Origin: Azolla caroliniana
Taxonomy: Eukaryota > Plantae > Polypodiophyta
Length of the DNA stretch: 64,000 nt
Direction of reading: 5' to 3'
Assembly (NCBI GenBank): GCA_043228905.1
Contig: JBHGNT010000014.1
Coordinates: forward strand, 9,734,001 to 9,798,000
Positions 1 to 12,749 of the stretch are shown here, one piece after another. Position 1 is the stretch's first letter; each line of letters begins with the position of its first letter. The notes beneath the pieces were generated by a model, which was not told where the DNA came from, ran no database searches, and saw nothing but the letters and a program-made list of their open reading frames with translations. A program made the position numbers and the translations under genes.

Positions 1-262
1 ACCATAGTAATAATTCTGCATTAAAACTTTCCATGGACATACTTGATCACAAATCATTAGATGACTAATATTAGATGAAATTGTGTCGTGTATTAGTCAT
101 GCAACAAGAAAATATCTGACATACACTTAATATTAATTGATCACCCACTACAGCACCACCTTTTTCTTCTTTTGATTGTTTTGGATTCTTACAAAATCTC
201 TTTGCAAGAATTTACATCATTTTATTTAAATCAATTCTAGATGAAAATAATGGATATCATGA

Positions 263-514
<252 letters not shown>

Positions 515-1179
515 AGCACAATCTAGGTGAAAAGCAGATCTAAGTGTTGCTGATCACATACTATTTGGATTCTTATTAAGTGTGCATTGTAGCTTTTGTT
601 ATTTTCTGTATCATATCTTTATTCTCGCAAAAGAAGAATGTATAGTCATGCATATACCATGCTGGATGGTATTATGAATGGAATATAATACAGAAAAGGA
701 AAGATTGCTTCCTTATTAAGAATGTTACTTACACACGTAGTGTATGCTATGCAGAACCAAAGTAGCCTAAAAAGAAGGAAAGAAGTATAAAAAGAATCAA
801 ACCGGTAAAGTTTTTAAAGCTCTTTTGAACTAATCTTAGCTTTCACATAGGAATGAATGGAATGTACAATGGAATGATATCTTAATCTGAATATGATTGT
901 CGGATTTGATTTCATGAAACGATCATAGTCCATCTCATGATACAAGTTAAAAGAAAACAATGGGAACTGTTGCTAGTGTTCAGGCTTTTAAGTGTGATAA
1001 ATTGCTACACTCCCTCCCTCCCTCCCTCCCGCCCTCCCTCGCTCTTCTCTCAATGGACACTAAAAAATATCTGTCTTGCATAAGATCATCTTGTTTGATC
1101 TTGTCAAATTTAAAGCCAATGAGGACATTATTTTCGTTGGTGCCATGAATACTCATACAAGAAGTTTATAACTTGATGC

Positions 1180-3510
1180 ACAACAATCTTTCATACCACA
1201 TATCTTAGGAATATAGAAGGATATACAAAGTTAGAGACATTCTTTTATTGATGAAAAAGATTCAAATCTTGGGATGTTATTCCTACAAATGTGCAAACAT
1301 ATCAATATGCTAATTGCAAACGGTATATCCTTATGGCTCAATAGTAATGGTTTTACATACAAAATTCACAATGAAATAGTGTGATTTCAATTATAGGACT
1401 TTATCTATTGACTTCAAACATACGAATAGGGTTGATTGTGAAAAGGGGATTGAAGATAATAAACAATCAAATTTGAGCATGGACCTTCTATGTATTCCAA
1501 GATAGTTAATGATATGTTACAAATGACAAAGATCCAACATGGTGCTACACTAGAATACAAATGGGAAGTTTTGAAGAAAGTCATTTCCTCGTGAACAAAC
1601 AAATGTTTTTCGACCAAACATACATCTTGGAAACACATCAAGAAATGTACTTCAAAGAAAAAATGATTTGATAAAGAATTTCATGAAGCTTAAATGTATC
1701 TACCAAGCATATATCTTGGAAACACATCAAGAAATGTAGTTCAAGAAAAAATGGTTTGATAAAGAATGTCATCAAGCTTAAATATGCTTGATAGGTTTGG
1801 ATATGGTGAAGGATAAAGGAACTTATCAAAAGCATTTGCATGTGTATAAAAGGCTTACTCAAAGAAAGAGAAGAATATGGAAACTTACTCAACAAATTCT
1901 CCAAACATAAGAAAAAGTACACACATGCATGCTAATTTTGGGGGAATCTTAAAGGAGACATATTGAGATTTATGGTTACTTAACTCTTACGGTCTTCTTT
2001 TTGTATTGTAAAAATTATATGATCGATCAATTATCAAAAAGATGATGTGCTATGATTCTCTTTCACATTTGTCTCCCTTTACAATTGAAGATGTAGGCAT
2101 ATGACTTATAAAATTGGCCTCTCGAAAGGCAAGAGATCTTCGATATATATAAAGGCTAAACTGCTCAACTCGACAGGAATGGATGCACATCCACGGATAA
2201 GTGATATGTTTAATCATGCATTGCAACATGGAATGCCCTATGATTGGACTACAAATTGGAAGAACCTGGGTGCGAAGTGAATATATACTTGTAATTTCCC
2301 AAATCTATGAGAATGTTACATTTACATGCATATAGGCGATAAAATTTCAGATTTTTTAAATAATATTACAAGTGTTAATAATCAAGGATACCCACTTTCA
2401 CAACTCTATTTGGTTTATGAATTGATGAATTAGAAAAAATGGTAACCAAGTTTGTAAAGGAAGAAGGTATTGAAGAGTCATCATTAGGAATGTAGTCATC
2501 ATGTTTTTGTTATAATAGGATGATGTAATTCTTTTTGCAAATACTTTGGTAGATGCGCAAAAGCTTATGAGGGCATTGAAATAATTTTTACACATACTAA
2601 GTTTAGTGTCATTAGCTCTAAACCAAAGATTATCCTTGTGAAGAGTAAAAAAATGATAAATTATGCATTACGTGCAATAATTAACCACTTAAATTGTGAA
2701 GAGCTTCAAATACCTTGGCCTTGAAGTTCCTTCAAATCATAGATGGAATGAATAAGCTACCTCTCAATTAGAGGCAAGAAAACGAGCATATTATACATTT
2801 GAGAACACATGCAATCATTGAGAAATTAAATGTTGGGTTCTCAAGAAATATGTTTTCGACACTTTGGTGACAGCCATGCTTCTCTATGGTGTGGAAATAT
2901 GGGGGTGATAACATCCCTAAGTCCAAAGTAAAAGAGTTTGAAAATGTCCAAAAGCATTTACTTGCAAACTTTTTTCAAGTCAAGAAAGAAACATCAGACA
3001 CCCTCTTACTTCTTGAGACAATATCATTTCCAATTAGATCATGGTCATGGAAAGGATTGTCGAAATCATGCTTGAGGTTCAAAAATATCCCTCACATAGA
3101 ACTCCTAGCATCACATGGGAAGCAAGCCAAAAGATCCAAAAGACACATAAAAGATAAATTGTGTCTTCCGATCAAATGCAAGAAATGTAAAAATGGTTTA
3201 GAAAATGGGATGCAATACACTTGCTTCATGATGTATCACTAGATTCCTCCGTAAATTATGTCTTTTTGCAACCCCAATTTACCATGATATGGGAGAAATG
3301 TGGAGACCCAAGCTTCACACATTCTACTACACATGTTGCACCTAGCAACAAAACCATATCCTTCGATGAACGAGGACACAACAGACATTGATATATGTTA
3401 GATTGCCCTAACAAGCTTGGAACATAGGATACAAGGTACAAACAACAAATAAGAGCCAAATTCCCTCAAGTGGTTGGGTGCTTGACATTATGAAATGGTT
3501 TAAGACACTA
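1180..3510 (+). mobile_element. Heavily decayed LINE (non-LTR retrotransposon), same family as 23388-24210
   Basis: Broken frames give KWFDKECHQ (~1750, EN-RT linker), ISDMFNHALQHGMPYDWTTNW (~2200), FKYLGLEV (~2705) and FDTLVTAMLLYGVEIWG (~2855). 3005-3400 aligns by eye with 23390-23785. Boundaries approximate. Confidence 0.7.
1612..1790. repeat. ~88-bp imperfect tandem duplication inside the decayed LINE
   Basis: ATCTTGGAAACACATCAAGAAATGTA...AAAAAATG(A/G)TTTGATAAAGAAT...AAGCTTAAAT occurs twice in succession. Confidence 0.8.
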
Positions 3511-3780
3511 TCATGTAATGTTATGACATTTGTGATCATTGACGATGGATAAGTAGAGGCACTAAGGATGAAGTGACAAGATGCGAAAATGTCAAAAGTG
3601 GAATATTACATTGCAAATATTAACCCCCAATGTTGGCCCCAATACAAGGAAAAAATTCGAGAACATATCCCATCGCATCTCCCTACCCCCATGAGCTTGG
3701 ATTGTCCACACTTTGAACATGACTTATAAGTGGAAAAGAATAAAGTGATCTACGTTTATAACATTAAATTCGATAATAAA

Positions 3781-3948
3781 ATAATATGAATAAGTTGCAC
3801 ATCTACTAGTAGGAAGATGGCCCACAATATAACACTCCTTTTACACATGTTGCAAGATGGATTTATAATATGAATAAGTTGCACATCTATTGTTAGGAAG
3901 ATGGCCCAAAATATACCACTCCTTTTACACATGTTGCAAGATGGATTT
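3781..3948. repeat. 84-bp tandem duplication
   Basis: ATAATATGAATAAGTTGCACATCTA...TTACACATGTTGCAAGATGGATTT at 3781-3864 and 3865-3948, with few mismatches. Confidence 0.9.
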
Positions 3949-4646
3949 ATGAGCAGAACTTATGTGTATTACATCTATTTCATGCACTCATAGTGTGATA
4001 GGGTAGCTCAAGACCTCTTCACATTAGTTAGAAAATGAGATAGGCACACACATGAGCAAAGCTACGAAAGAGTAAACATGTCAATTTTGTCCTCGTGGGT
4101 GAAATCAAAAGAAGACTATTTGTCATTGTGCTATGTTTTATGAGAGAAGATGGGGATATTATGGCTTCTTCAAACAAGACTTTGGCTAGTATGTAAGTTA
4201 ATGGAATGTGAAGACTAACGGTGCTTAGGACTATTTTTGTTAACACATGGATAAAAGTTGTTGAACAATAATACAAACACAACAAATTGTCACAAACAAC
4301 AATCACAACTTTCTTTAATTCCATCATTCTTCATGTTATAGGTCAACTGAGGATTGAACAAATGTGTTGAACAAGTATTGAACAAGTGGGATCTCTTCCA
4401 AGACACTCAAAAGTGGTTAGAGATCTAGCATAGCAAATGTGTTGTGCATGTAGCCAACATATAGACCATGTCATTCTCACCCTTGTCATCAACAAATAAT
4501 AGTTGTTAACCCCTAGGACCAAAGGTGTTTTCATCAAACCTCTGTCCATTTTGCACCAAATCATGTTGGAGATTTTTCGAAGGCAAAAGTTTTTTTTCCC
4601 GAAAAAAACTGCTTCCATTAGTTATAAAATTTTACAAATGAGAGTG

Positions 4647-5018
4647 TTAGATATAAATCCTTGTAGGGACGCGATAGTTCCATCTTATGTGGATGCCCAC
4701 TAACTCAAGAAAGATAGAGGACGACCATTGTTGGATAATGGCTAGTTGTTGTCTTTCAACTCCATCAAATCCACCCGTGAGGCCATCATATTGGCTTTTT
4801 AGAGTGGCTATAACTTCACTCCATATCTCTTGCATTAACATTACTAGATGCACAGTTTGGTTGGAGAAGACACATCTACACCTTTGTTTCCATAGAATCC
4901 AAAGAGTTATTAGGCTGACCAATTCCAACACAACTTGAGATTTGGCATTAATAGGAGTTGAGTGGATATTGTCCATGGTGGAAAAGAAAACATATTGTGC
5001 TTTTATAACCAAAGTCAT
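4647..5018 (-). mobile_element. L1-clade LINE ORF2 C-terminal fragment
   Basis: ITLWILWKQRCRCVFSNQ matches the W-x-I/L-W-x-x-R-N/C-x-x-x-F motif at the end of plant L1 ORF2. Confidence 0.6.
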
Positions 5019-8000
5019 CCCCCCCTCCTAATGTTCATACCTGTTAATTGGGGCGAAGGCAAAAGTTTTAGTTATATCTAGTTTAGGATGTCGAGTGCTT
5101 AGATAGCTAGATTCTTTAATAAAGTACATTTACATATAGTTATTTTGGTATATTCTTTTTAAAGAAGACACAACAAGTTGCAAACTACAATTTAAGTGTA
5201 ATCTCGTAGAGACCATTTATATTTTTTTTTCCAAAAAACGTAGAGACCATTTTGGCCTCTAACAAGGTGTGGTAGAGAAAATATTTGTTTGACACCATGT
5301 GAACTTGATATCTACTTTGTATTCTAGGTTACAAGTTATTGGATTTAGCTACAAATGGGTTGGTCGAGCAATTGATTAGTTGTTGTAAAGCTTTAAGGTT
5401 TAACCTCACATGTTGATCTACTACTTCTAGGTTCAACCATGTTTGGTTTTATTCTCAATTTTCAGATTTTTTGAAGTCTCCATTTCACTCTCTCCATATG
5501 TTGTAGAGTCATAACCATCATGAGCTTGAAGGTAATTGTACCAATGATTATGCAATTTCTTGTAAAGGATATCATGTGTCGAAATGTGTTGTATTGAGGA
5601 TATGGTTAAGGCATCATGGAAAAAGTGGTAGGCCTATGTACAAAATTTTGATCAAAATGGAAATTTGGATAGAGGATGTGGTCGAGCTTTACAAATAGAA
5701 AGTGATTTAGTAGTTACTCGTGCTTGAATATAATGTTTTTGTAAATATCAATATAAATGTGATTATTGTGTCCCTTTCGCCATGCACCTATAAACTACGA
5801 TGTTGTTGGAAATGAAATAGTTTTATTATATCTCTTGTTATTAGGCCAAGAAGAGACAAATTCGGAAAAGGGAAATTTATAGTTCACTTCCATAAGTTTC
5901 AATTATGACATGTGCATAGATCATGCACTACAACTTCTTTTGGTACTCACGAATAAATTAAGAAATTCTTGTGTTGGTAATTAAGTTGCATAACCCATCA
6001 AGTCAATCGTGTATTTGATAGCCAAAATAAGTTGCGTTTGTATGATTTTATTTTTTCTTTCAAAAATATGTCATGATAGCGACAATCGAAATAAAGGTAC
6101 TTTATTTGCCTAGCAAAATACACATGCACACTAGGATGATGTCCTTATGAGAACATGTGAATACCACCATCAAAGAGGCGACTTGTCAATTGTATCTACA
6201 AATAGAGGACATGAGCTAATGTCGGTAAGACAACTTGTAGTGAGTCAAGTCGTATACACAATCTTGTGTAGCATATACATGTTGGGCTTACTTTGCGTTG
6301 CTTTTTGTTACCCTACTCTTTCTACATGATTTTAATCCTACAATCCTACGGCATCAACATTATTCCTTGCATAGTTCCCAAGAGTAATGTTCCCATAATC
6401 AAACCTATTCACGATGATTTTGCATGTAAACAATTCAAACGCGTTATATATCATTGTACAAACCATTTGTTTTTAAGATTTTTCTTTTTACAAGGATGAT
6501 CAAGCAATTTGCATCTTCGCATCATGAGAGCTTACGTCACATGTTTATTGATGATCGAACAAGTTACCTATATTTAAGCATCATGTGAGCTTTGTGATCG
6601 TTTATTCTTTTATACCTAGTACATCGAAGGGGTTTTCTTTCGTGTAGAGAAGTTGGAATACGTAATCAACATCACTTTCTACATGATGTGAACCTCTATG
6701 TCATGAACCAATGAAGAGGTGGCCTAAGAGGTGAAACACCATGGAACACTCATATCTATTCATAGTTATGGTTCAAGATCCTACAAGTAAGGAAAAAACA
6801 AAGAGATGTTCTAAAGGAGCTTAAAAGGGCTCATTTGGATATTGTGATAACTAGCAAGTTTAGTGAGATAAAAGCTGGAAGTATCTAGAACACGTAAAAT
6901 AATGGAAAGAGCGTAAAAATTGTGGACATGCAAATATGACAATTTGTCAATTAGTTGAAGTGGTATAACAATTTTTACTTCGTGGCTCCATGTCCCTAAT
7001 GGATAACATATTGTTCCAGTTTGACATTGTAACTACCTATATAGCAATGAAACCATGCATTTTTATAGCGTTACTTATATCATTATTTCTTGCGATGGAT
7101 TTTTAATTATCCAATCATGCCAAGCTCCTTTCTTGGTTATCTTGACAATAAGGAAAACAATAGTGTCTTTGAACTGTTTTGATCATTCTAGAAAAGAAAC
7201 ACCAAATGGATATGAAGACATGGAAATGGGATATGCAAGCATGCATACAACTGCAATTGGCAAAGTCATCAATATACATTGAGAATGAAACAATATAGAT
7301 GCCACTTGCCAATATATCAAACCTTCAATGGTACTCATCATAGATTGCAAATTGAACAAACAGGCCTTGATCCTTCTAGATAAGCAATGGAAAGTCCTCT
7401 TGAAGAATCATGCATTGGACAAGCTTAAAGTACAATCTCAAGCAGACAATGTAGACTTGGGATCAAGCAATGTGATCAATCATGTGCCATCTTCCATGAG
7501 TGTCATTCTACATCCATTCTCATTCATAATGATATCCCATTATGTAGTAGCTTATCGAATGATTCATACTTGAAAACAAAAACAAATATCATGCCATTTT
7601 AAAATCCACTAAAGGAAAATATAAATTTCCAATTTTAAACTCAAGAATAAGAATTTGACAACTTAGAATCCAATGGCACTTGCGAATTTACAAATTCAAT
7701 TAATGACACGCTTTAAAAAGTACTCAAAAGTTGAGGAGAGCAAAATCTTCAATTGAGTGTCAAAAGTAAAAGATTTGACAATTTGTTATACAATGGAAAT
7801 GGTAATGCTTAATCAGAATAGTGATATTAACCACTCACTCTTTGAAGTGCACAAGGCTCTGACTTGATCAACCAAATCTTTATTGATTAAAACTAAAATA
7901 TCCAGTTGAACCTCAAAAGTAAAAAATTTACAGCTTGGGACCCTTTGTATAGGATATTGCTATAATCAAAATAATCAGCACATTCCTTTCGGTGCACAGA

Positions 8001-8439
8001 CATTCTTAAGTGGGCATGGAAAAGCTGGAAGTGGGCAAGGCAGATTTGGGCAGTAGTCAATCTGATGGATCACCAAAATATGCAATTGACTTCAAATTTA
8101 AGAATTTAACTCAGAATCCAATTAACTGATAATGACAATGGTTATCACATCCTTTTAGTGATTGACCACTTATCAAGTGGCATAGATAATAAATAACACA
8201 TTCTTTTAGTGCACAACTCTTAAATTGAGCATATGAGCCAGGGCAACATAAGTGGCATGGCTTCAGGTTCATGAGCCAAAAATTTGCACATACCCAATTT
8301 GCACCTTGCAATTAACCCAATTTGAGAGATAGATTAGGAAACAAGAAATAGCCATTAGATACTATTCACATTTTTTGTCTACATATCGAATTTGTTTTCA
8401 TCAAGAAAAATCAAAAGGAAAATAAATTTATTATTGGGT

Positions 8440-9528
8440 CTAATGGCTAGGCTTGAACCTCTTCTTGGCCTCACTATACATGACAACACCCATGATAGTG
8501 ACAACAAATCCAATCATACCCATGATTGTCACAGGGTTCCGGAAGATCAAAACCGACACTGCAGCAGCAACTGCGGCCTTGGCATTGCCAAGGACTTGTA
8601 ACGTCAATGCACTAGTATGCTTAGTGACAAGAAAATTCGTGAGATTTACGAGGTATGCAATGGTCATATTAGCAAATAACAATAAGAGTATGAAAGGATG
8701 CTCTTTAGCCTTGTCTATGGTCAAGGCCAATACATTACCTTCCCACATTAGTGTGAAAGGTAGCAAAATGAGACCAGAAATGGGTGCCATGTACAGTAAG
8801 AGGTTCATGGAATGAAGCTTTTCAGTTTCGGAAGAGAGAAGGATTCCTTGAACAACTGATTTGAGAGCTCTCCCAGCAGTAGAACCCAGACATACCAAAA
8901 AACCCAAGAGATGAAATAAAGGTTCGCTTCTACTGGCCACGACTATGCCCAAAACAACTGGGATTAGTGCCATGTAAACCACATTGGACTCTCTTTTACA
9001 TGTAATGATCACCGCAAAGATGGCTGTAAAGAAAGGTGTTGTGGCACCAATTGCTTGGTTGAAGGAGACCGGCAAATACCTTAAGGATGTGTTCCCACAC
9101 ACGACCGAAAATGAGAAGATAAAACTTAATGAGATGACCTTGACAAGTTGCCGGGCCGATGAAATGTACTGTTGTGGGACAATCCCCAGCCAAGCAACAG
9201 CGGCATAGCTATAGCCCGAGCAAGCACACATGTGAAGCATTGTGAGGAAGATAGGGTATTTGTAGCCATAGAAGCTGAGCAGGTACTTATTGAGGAGTAG
9301 GACACCAATGTTGGAGATGTACCACGATGCAATGACAAAGGCAGTTCGGACGTGGGGAGGGACCAGAGCAGATCGGTACGACACAGGCAGTATACCAAAT
9401 TTGTAGTACTTGGCCTCACCATGGCCATGGCTCGGAGGTGTCGGTGGGATGTCGATGACCTTCTCTGAAGCCTCCAGTTTTGGGTTGCTACCCCTTCTTA
9501 CCCATGTTTGAGCTTGAGTTTCCCCCAT
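8440..9528 (-). CDS. TPT/nucleotide-sugar transporter family protein (probable sugar phosphate/phosphate translocator, At1g12500/At3g11320-like), 362 aa, intronless
   Basis: ATG at 9528 ([17 protein letters not shown]). Motifs [86 protein letters not shown]; multiple hydrophobic segments. Confidence 0.95.
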   Translation of the reverse strand: MGETQAQTWVRRGSNPKLEASEKVIDIPPTPPSHGHGEAKYYKFGILPVSYRSALVPPHVRTAFVIASWYISNIGVLLLNKYLLSFYGYKYPIFLTMLHMCACSGYSYAAVAWLGIVPQQYISSARQLVKVISLSFIFSFSVVCGNTSLRYLPVSFNQAIGATTPFFTAIFAVIITCKRESNVVYMALIPVVLGIVVASRSEPLFHLLGFLVCLGSTAGRALKSVVQGILLSSETEKLHSMNLLLYMAPISGLILLPFTLMWEGNVLALTIDKAKEHPFILLLLFANMTIAYLVNLTNFLVTKHTSALTLQVLGNAKAAVAAAVSVLIFRNPVTIMGMIGFVVTIMGVVMYSEAKKRFKPSH

Positions 9529-11267
9529 CTTCAAACACAACCCCTCTAACCCTAAACCCTAAATTCAGAAGATGAATGTAATATCCACTGCCCTCAATGA
9601 GCTACAGATCCGTAGATCTGGCTTTTCTCCCTGTCCATAAACCCTGACCCTAGCACTAACCTAACCTAACCCAGAATCGATCACATGGGTCTCACCGATT
9701 ACGCGTCCAAATCGACCAGGGCACGACGCACCTCTCCATCTCCTAAGAATCAAACCAAAAACGGCCACACATACATATCCAAAACAGGCTAACTTCTTCT
9801 TCTAATCATCATCATCGCACCTGCATCTGCATCTGCATTTGCTGCTGAATAAGAAGTAAAGCCTGGACAGAAGAATGTTTGTTTCCTGCACTACCCTAAT
9901 AATAATAATAATGCACATAAAATCTAAATGCTTGGCCTTTGCTATTTTCATCCCTTCATTCCACTTAGCCATTCACAACACAAGAACACCAAGGAACAAA
10001 ACATGTTAATTTACTAGTTCATATTTTAGAACACAATTTCAATACATATGTAGATAAGAAGCCAAAGCCCGACACATGGGGTTCCCCGAGTTTCTACCAC
10101 CACAGTTCGGCAACCATGTCTTTCTTTTGGAAAAAGGCTTGAAATCCCAGTAGAAAAGCCGGTAAATTAAGGAACACGCTCTAGGAAGCTCTTTCCACTT
10201 CATGACCACTGACTAGCAGCAAAGTCGGATACGGTTGAGTGGAGTGGCCCCGAGACAAGGGGGAGTTGCCAATAAACAGTAACCCATCGTGCTCACAACA
10301 AAAGATAATATGGTGTCCTTGTTTCCTCCCCTATACTTAACATTGTTTCTCTATATATGATGCCAATGTATACTTGTGATCCAGAAACATGAGTGCATCA
10401 TCGATTATCACCCTGCCAGTATCTTGCCCGTGCCCGCTACAACTTTGCTTGTGTGTGCTCCTCTGCATTGTAATACAAGTTTGTTTCTTGATGTCCAAAA
10501 GGGGGAAATCTCTATATCGTAATCACTTTGTATTAAGAGAGGTGGGATAGAAGAAGTTGCACTAAGAAGGGAGATACTGGCATAGACTTTCTACCATTGC
10601 ATCCATGGGCATATGTATAGATATTCTCACATGATGTCCAAATCCATTAGTAGCCATTCTTTGCAACCACTATGTTGGCACGCTTGTGGTACAACCACAT
10701 ACTTCATTGCCTCTTTATATGGTGACCTCCATTGATGCATGACATCGCCCGCAAAGATCCATTAACAAGAGGACATAGCCATGTGTGTGCACACCCATTT
10801 CATTTTTATAGGATACTTTCGATTACACAATCTTTGAGTAACCATGGTAGAGGAGAGACAAACAAACAAGTGCAACATCAAAGAACACATTTCCGAAATC
10901 GTTCCATAACATGAATCACCAATAGGGCACAACCCTGAAACCTCATTGAACAAAGTAGGGCCATCGACTTTAAATCCCAGTTCAAGCTTTCAAATAGAGT
11001 GCACATGGGATATATCTTGGGAAAGGTGCCGAAGAGTTTCAACCGAGGAGAGACCCAAGGACACGAGTGAAGGAACGCGATGACAGAGATAAGAATGTTC
11101 GAGGGTTTGAGCATGTGTGTCGCATGAAATCATAATGATATGTATAATGAACAGAGACGACAATGGATGTCGAGATGGCATGCATTGGGCGGACAATGAC
11201 GGATTGACCAAATGTAGGTCCCATGGAGTTCTAGGATGGGGTGTTATTGCCACTGCTCTCCATGGTT

Positions 11268-11380
11268 GCTACTACGACTACTACTGTTGCTTGCTACTAT
11301 TGCTATTGCTACTACTATTACTACTCTTGTTGCTACTATTGCTATTGCTGGTGCTGCTACTACTACTACTACTATGCTAT
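11268..11380. repeat. Imperfect (CTA/CTG/TTG)n trinucleotide microsatellite in the divergent intergenic region
   Basis: Direct reading; it produces the spurious poly-Leu and poly-Tyr/Cys ORFs. Confidence 0.85.
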
Positions 11381-11672
11381 GAGACAAGACCAAGCCACAA
11401 AGTGCTTGGAACCACACATCTCTTGGCACTTGATATGCCCCCCGCCCCCCTCCTTCCCCCCTCCCGGAAAAATGACTCGATGGCCGCCCAGAGACAGACA
11501 GACAGACGGGACAAAGACACATACAACGATCCCACGGCCCCATCTTCCTTCCTCATTCATTGGCAATTGCCTCCTAAACTTAAAAGAAAATTCTCTCTTC
11601 ATTGTCTCTTCTTTCCTTCCTTCTTTCCTTCCTCTCTCCTATTTCCTTCTCTGCTTCTCCATCCATCCATCC

Positions 11673-11765
11673 ATGGCGGCTTCCAGACTGTCCATGCCCA
11701 AGCGCCTCTCTCTCCTCGCCGCCTTCAACGTCTCTGTCTACCTCTCCTACATCGCCATCATCAAG
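11673..11765 (+). CDS. Exon 1 of a predicted 61-aa single-TM microprotein (MAASRLSMPKRLSLLAAFNVSVYLSYIAIIK)
   Basis: ATG in ccATGGCG context after a CT-rich leader; GC-rich codons; phase-0 donor AAG|GTAAAT followed by a (CTCTCC)n intron start. Confidence 0.65.
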
Positions 11766-12656
11766 GTAAATCCCACCGATCTCTCCCTCTCCCTCTCCCT
11801 CTCCCTCTCCCTCTCCATCTCCATTACTCCTCCTTTTCTTCCCGTTTCTTTCTTTCAAAAATAAAAAAAACTGTTCAATGCTAAACTCATCGTTTTCCAG
11901 CCTTCTTTCTGCTTCCTTATATGAAATTGATTTCATTTCTGTCACAGTCTCTCTCTTTCTCTCTCTCTCTCTCTGATTCTTGTGGTTTCTCAGAGATACC
12001 GACACAATCAAATAGAAACTTTTCCCTATCCATTCCTGTCTGCAATTTCTTCGATGTGTCATCGGAGATACATAGGTCAATCAGATGAAAGAGTTCTGTT
12101 CATTATCATTCCTGTATTTCTATGGCTTTCTCAGAAATTTGTCTCCGTTGATTTCTTTGATTTTTTTCTCAGAGATCTTGATGTACACTTATGCGAATCT
12201 TTTTTTCCATTTCCATGTGCCTCAATGGTTTCTCGCAGATATAAACAAATTTAGATGAATAATTTTTACACTCCATTTCTCGAGGGTACTTCACCCTTTT
12301 TCGCAAAGATCCAATCACAATTATTTGAACAACATCATTCCATCTTCTCGCAAAAATCCTGAACTGGGGAGATCTTGAACATAATTATGCAAAATATTTC
12401 TGTTTCATTTTAATATGCTTTCTTTTGGTATCCAAACACAAAAATTTGAAGCATTTCAGACCATTGTCATGTTTTTTCTCATTCGATTTCAATTTTCTTT
12501 GGTTATCTCCAGTATCCAGTTATACGAACTATTTGTGCTCAATTTCATGTGATACTTTTGTTTTTGAACAAAGCTATTTGAAATGTTTTTTAAACCATTT
12601 TCGTGTGAATTCAACTCTCTTTTCAAGTGAATTCAACTCTCTTTGGTTCCTTTCAG

Positions 12657-12749
12657 AGATCTAAAGGAAGAGGAGGAGATTTGCAGAAAGACGGATACAG
12701 TTACTGGGACATGTGGAAGCAACCAGTACATATCCGAAAAGAAAATTGA
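12657..12749 (+). CDS. Exon 2 of the predicted microprotein (RSKGRGGDLQKDGYSYWDMWKQPVHIRKEN*)
   Basis: Acceptor TTCCTTTCAG|AGA; purine-rich island in T-rich intron DNA; in frame with exon 1; TGA at 12747-12749. GTAAGT donors at 12766/12770 suggest a 3'-UTR intron to the acceptor GCTGACGAATACAG at 13986. Confidence 0.62.
   Translation, partial: RSKGRGGDLQKDGYSYWDMWKQPVHIRKEN

Noticed and set aside
5100-7600. Possible integrase or hAT remnants in the AT-rich intergenic DNA
   Set aside because: Only faint motif echoes (e.g. FLVKDIMCR near 5555); too decayed to support a call.
9547-9563. Interstitial telomere repeat
   Set aside because: Only about two CCCTAAA units next to the start codon; an ordinary telo-box-like motif.
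11117-11884. 255-aa poly-Leu and 207-aa Tyr/Cys-rich ORFs
   Set aside because: Produced by the trinucleotide microsatellite and CT tracts; only 11673-11765 has exon features.
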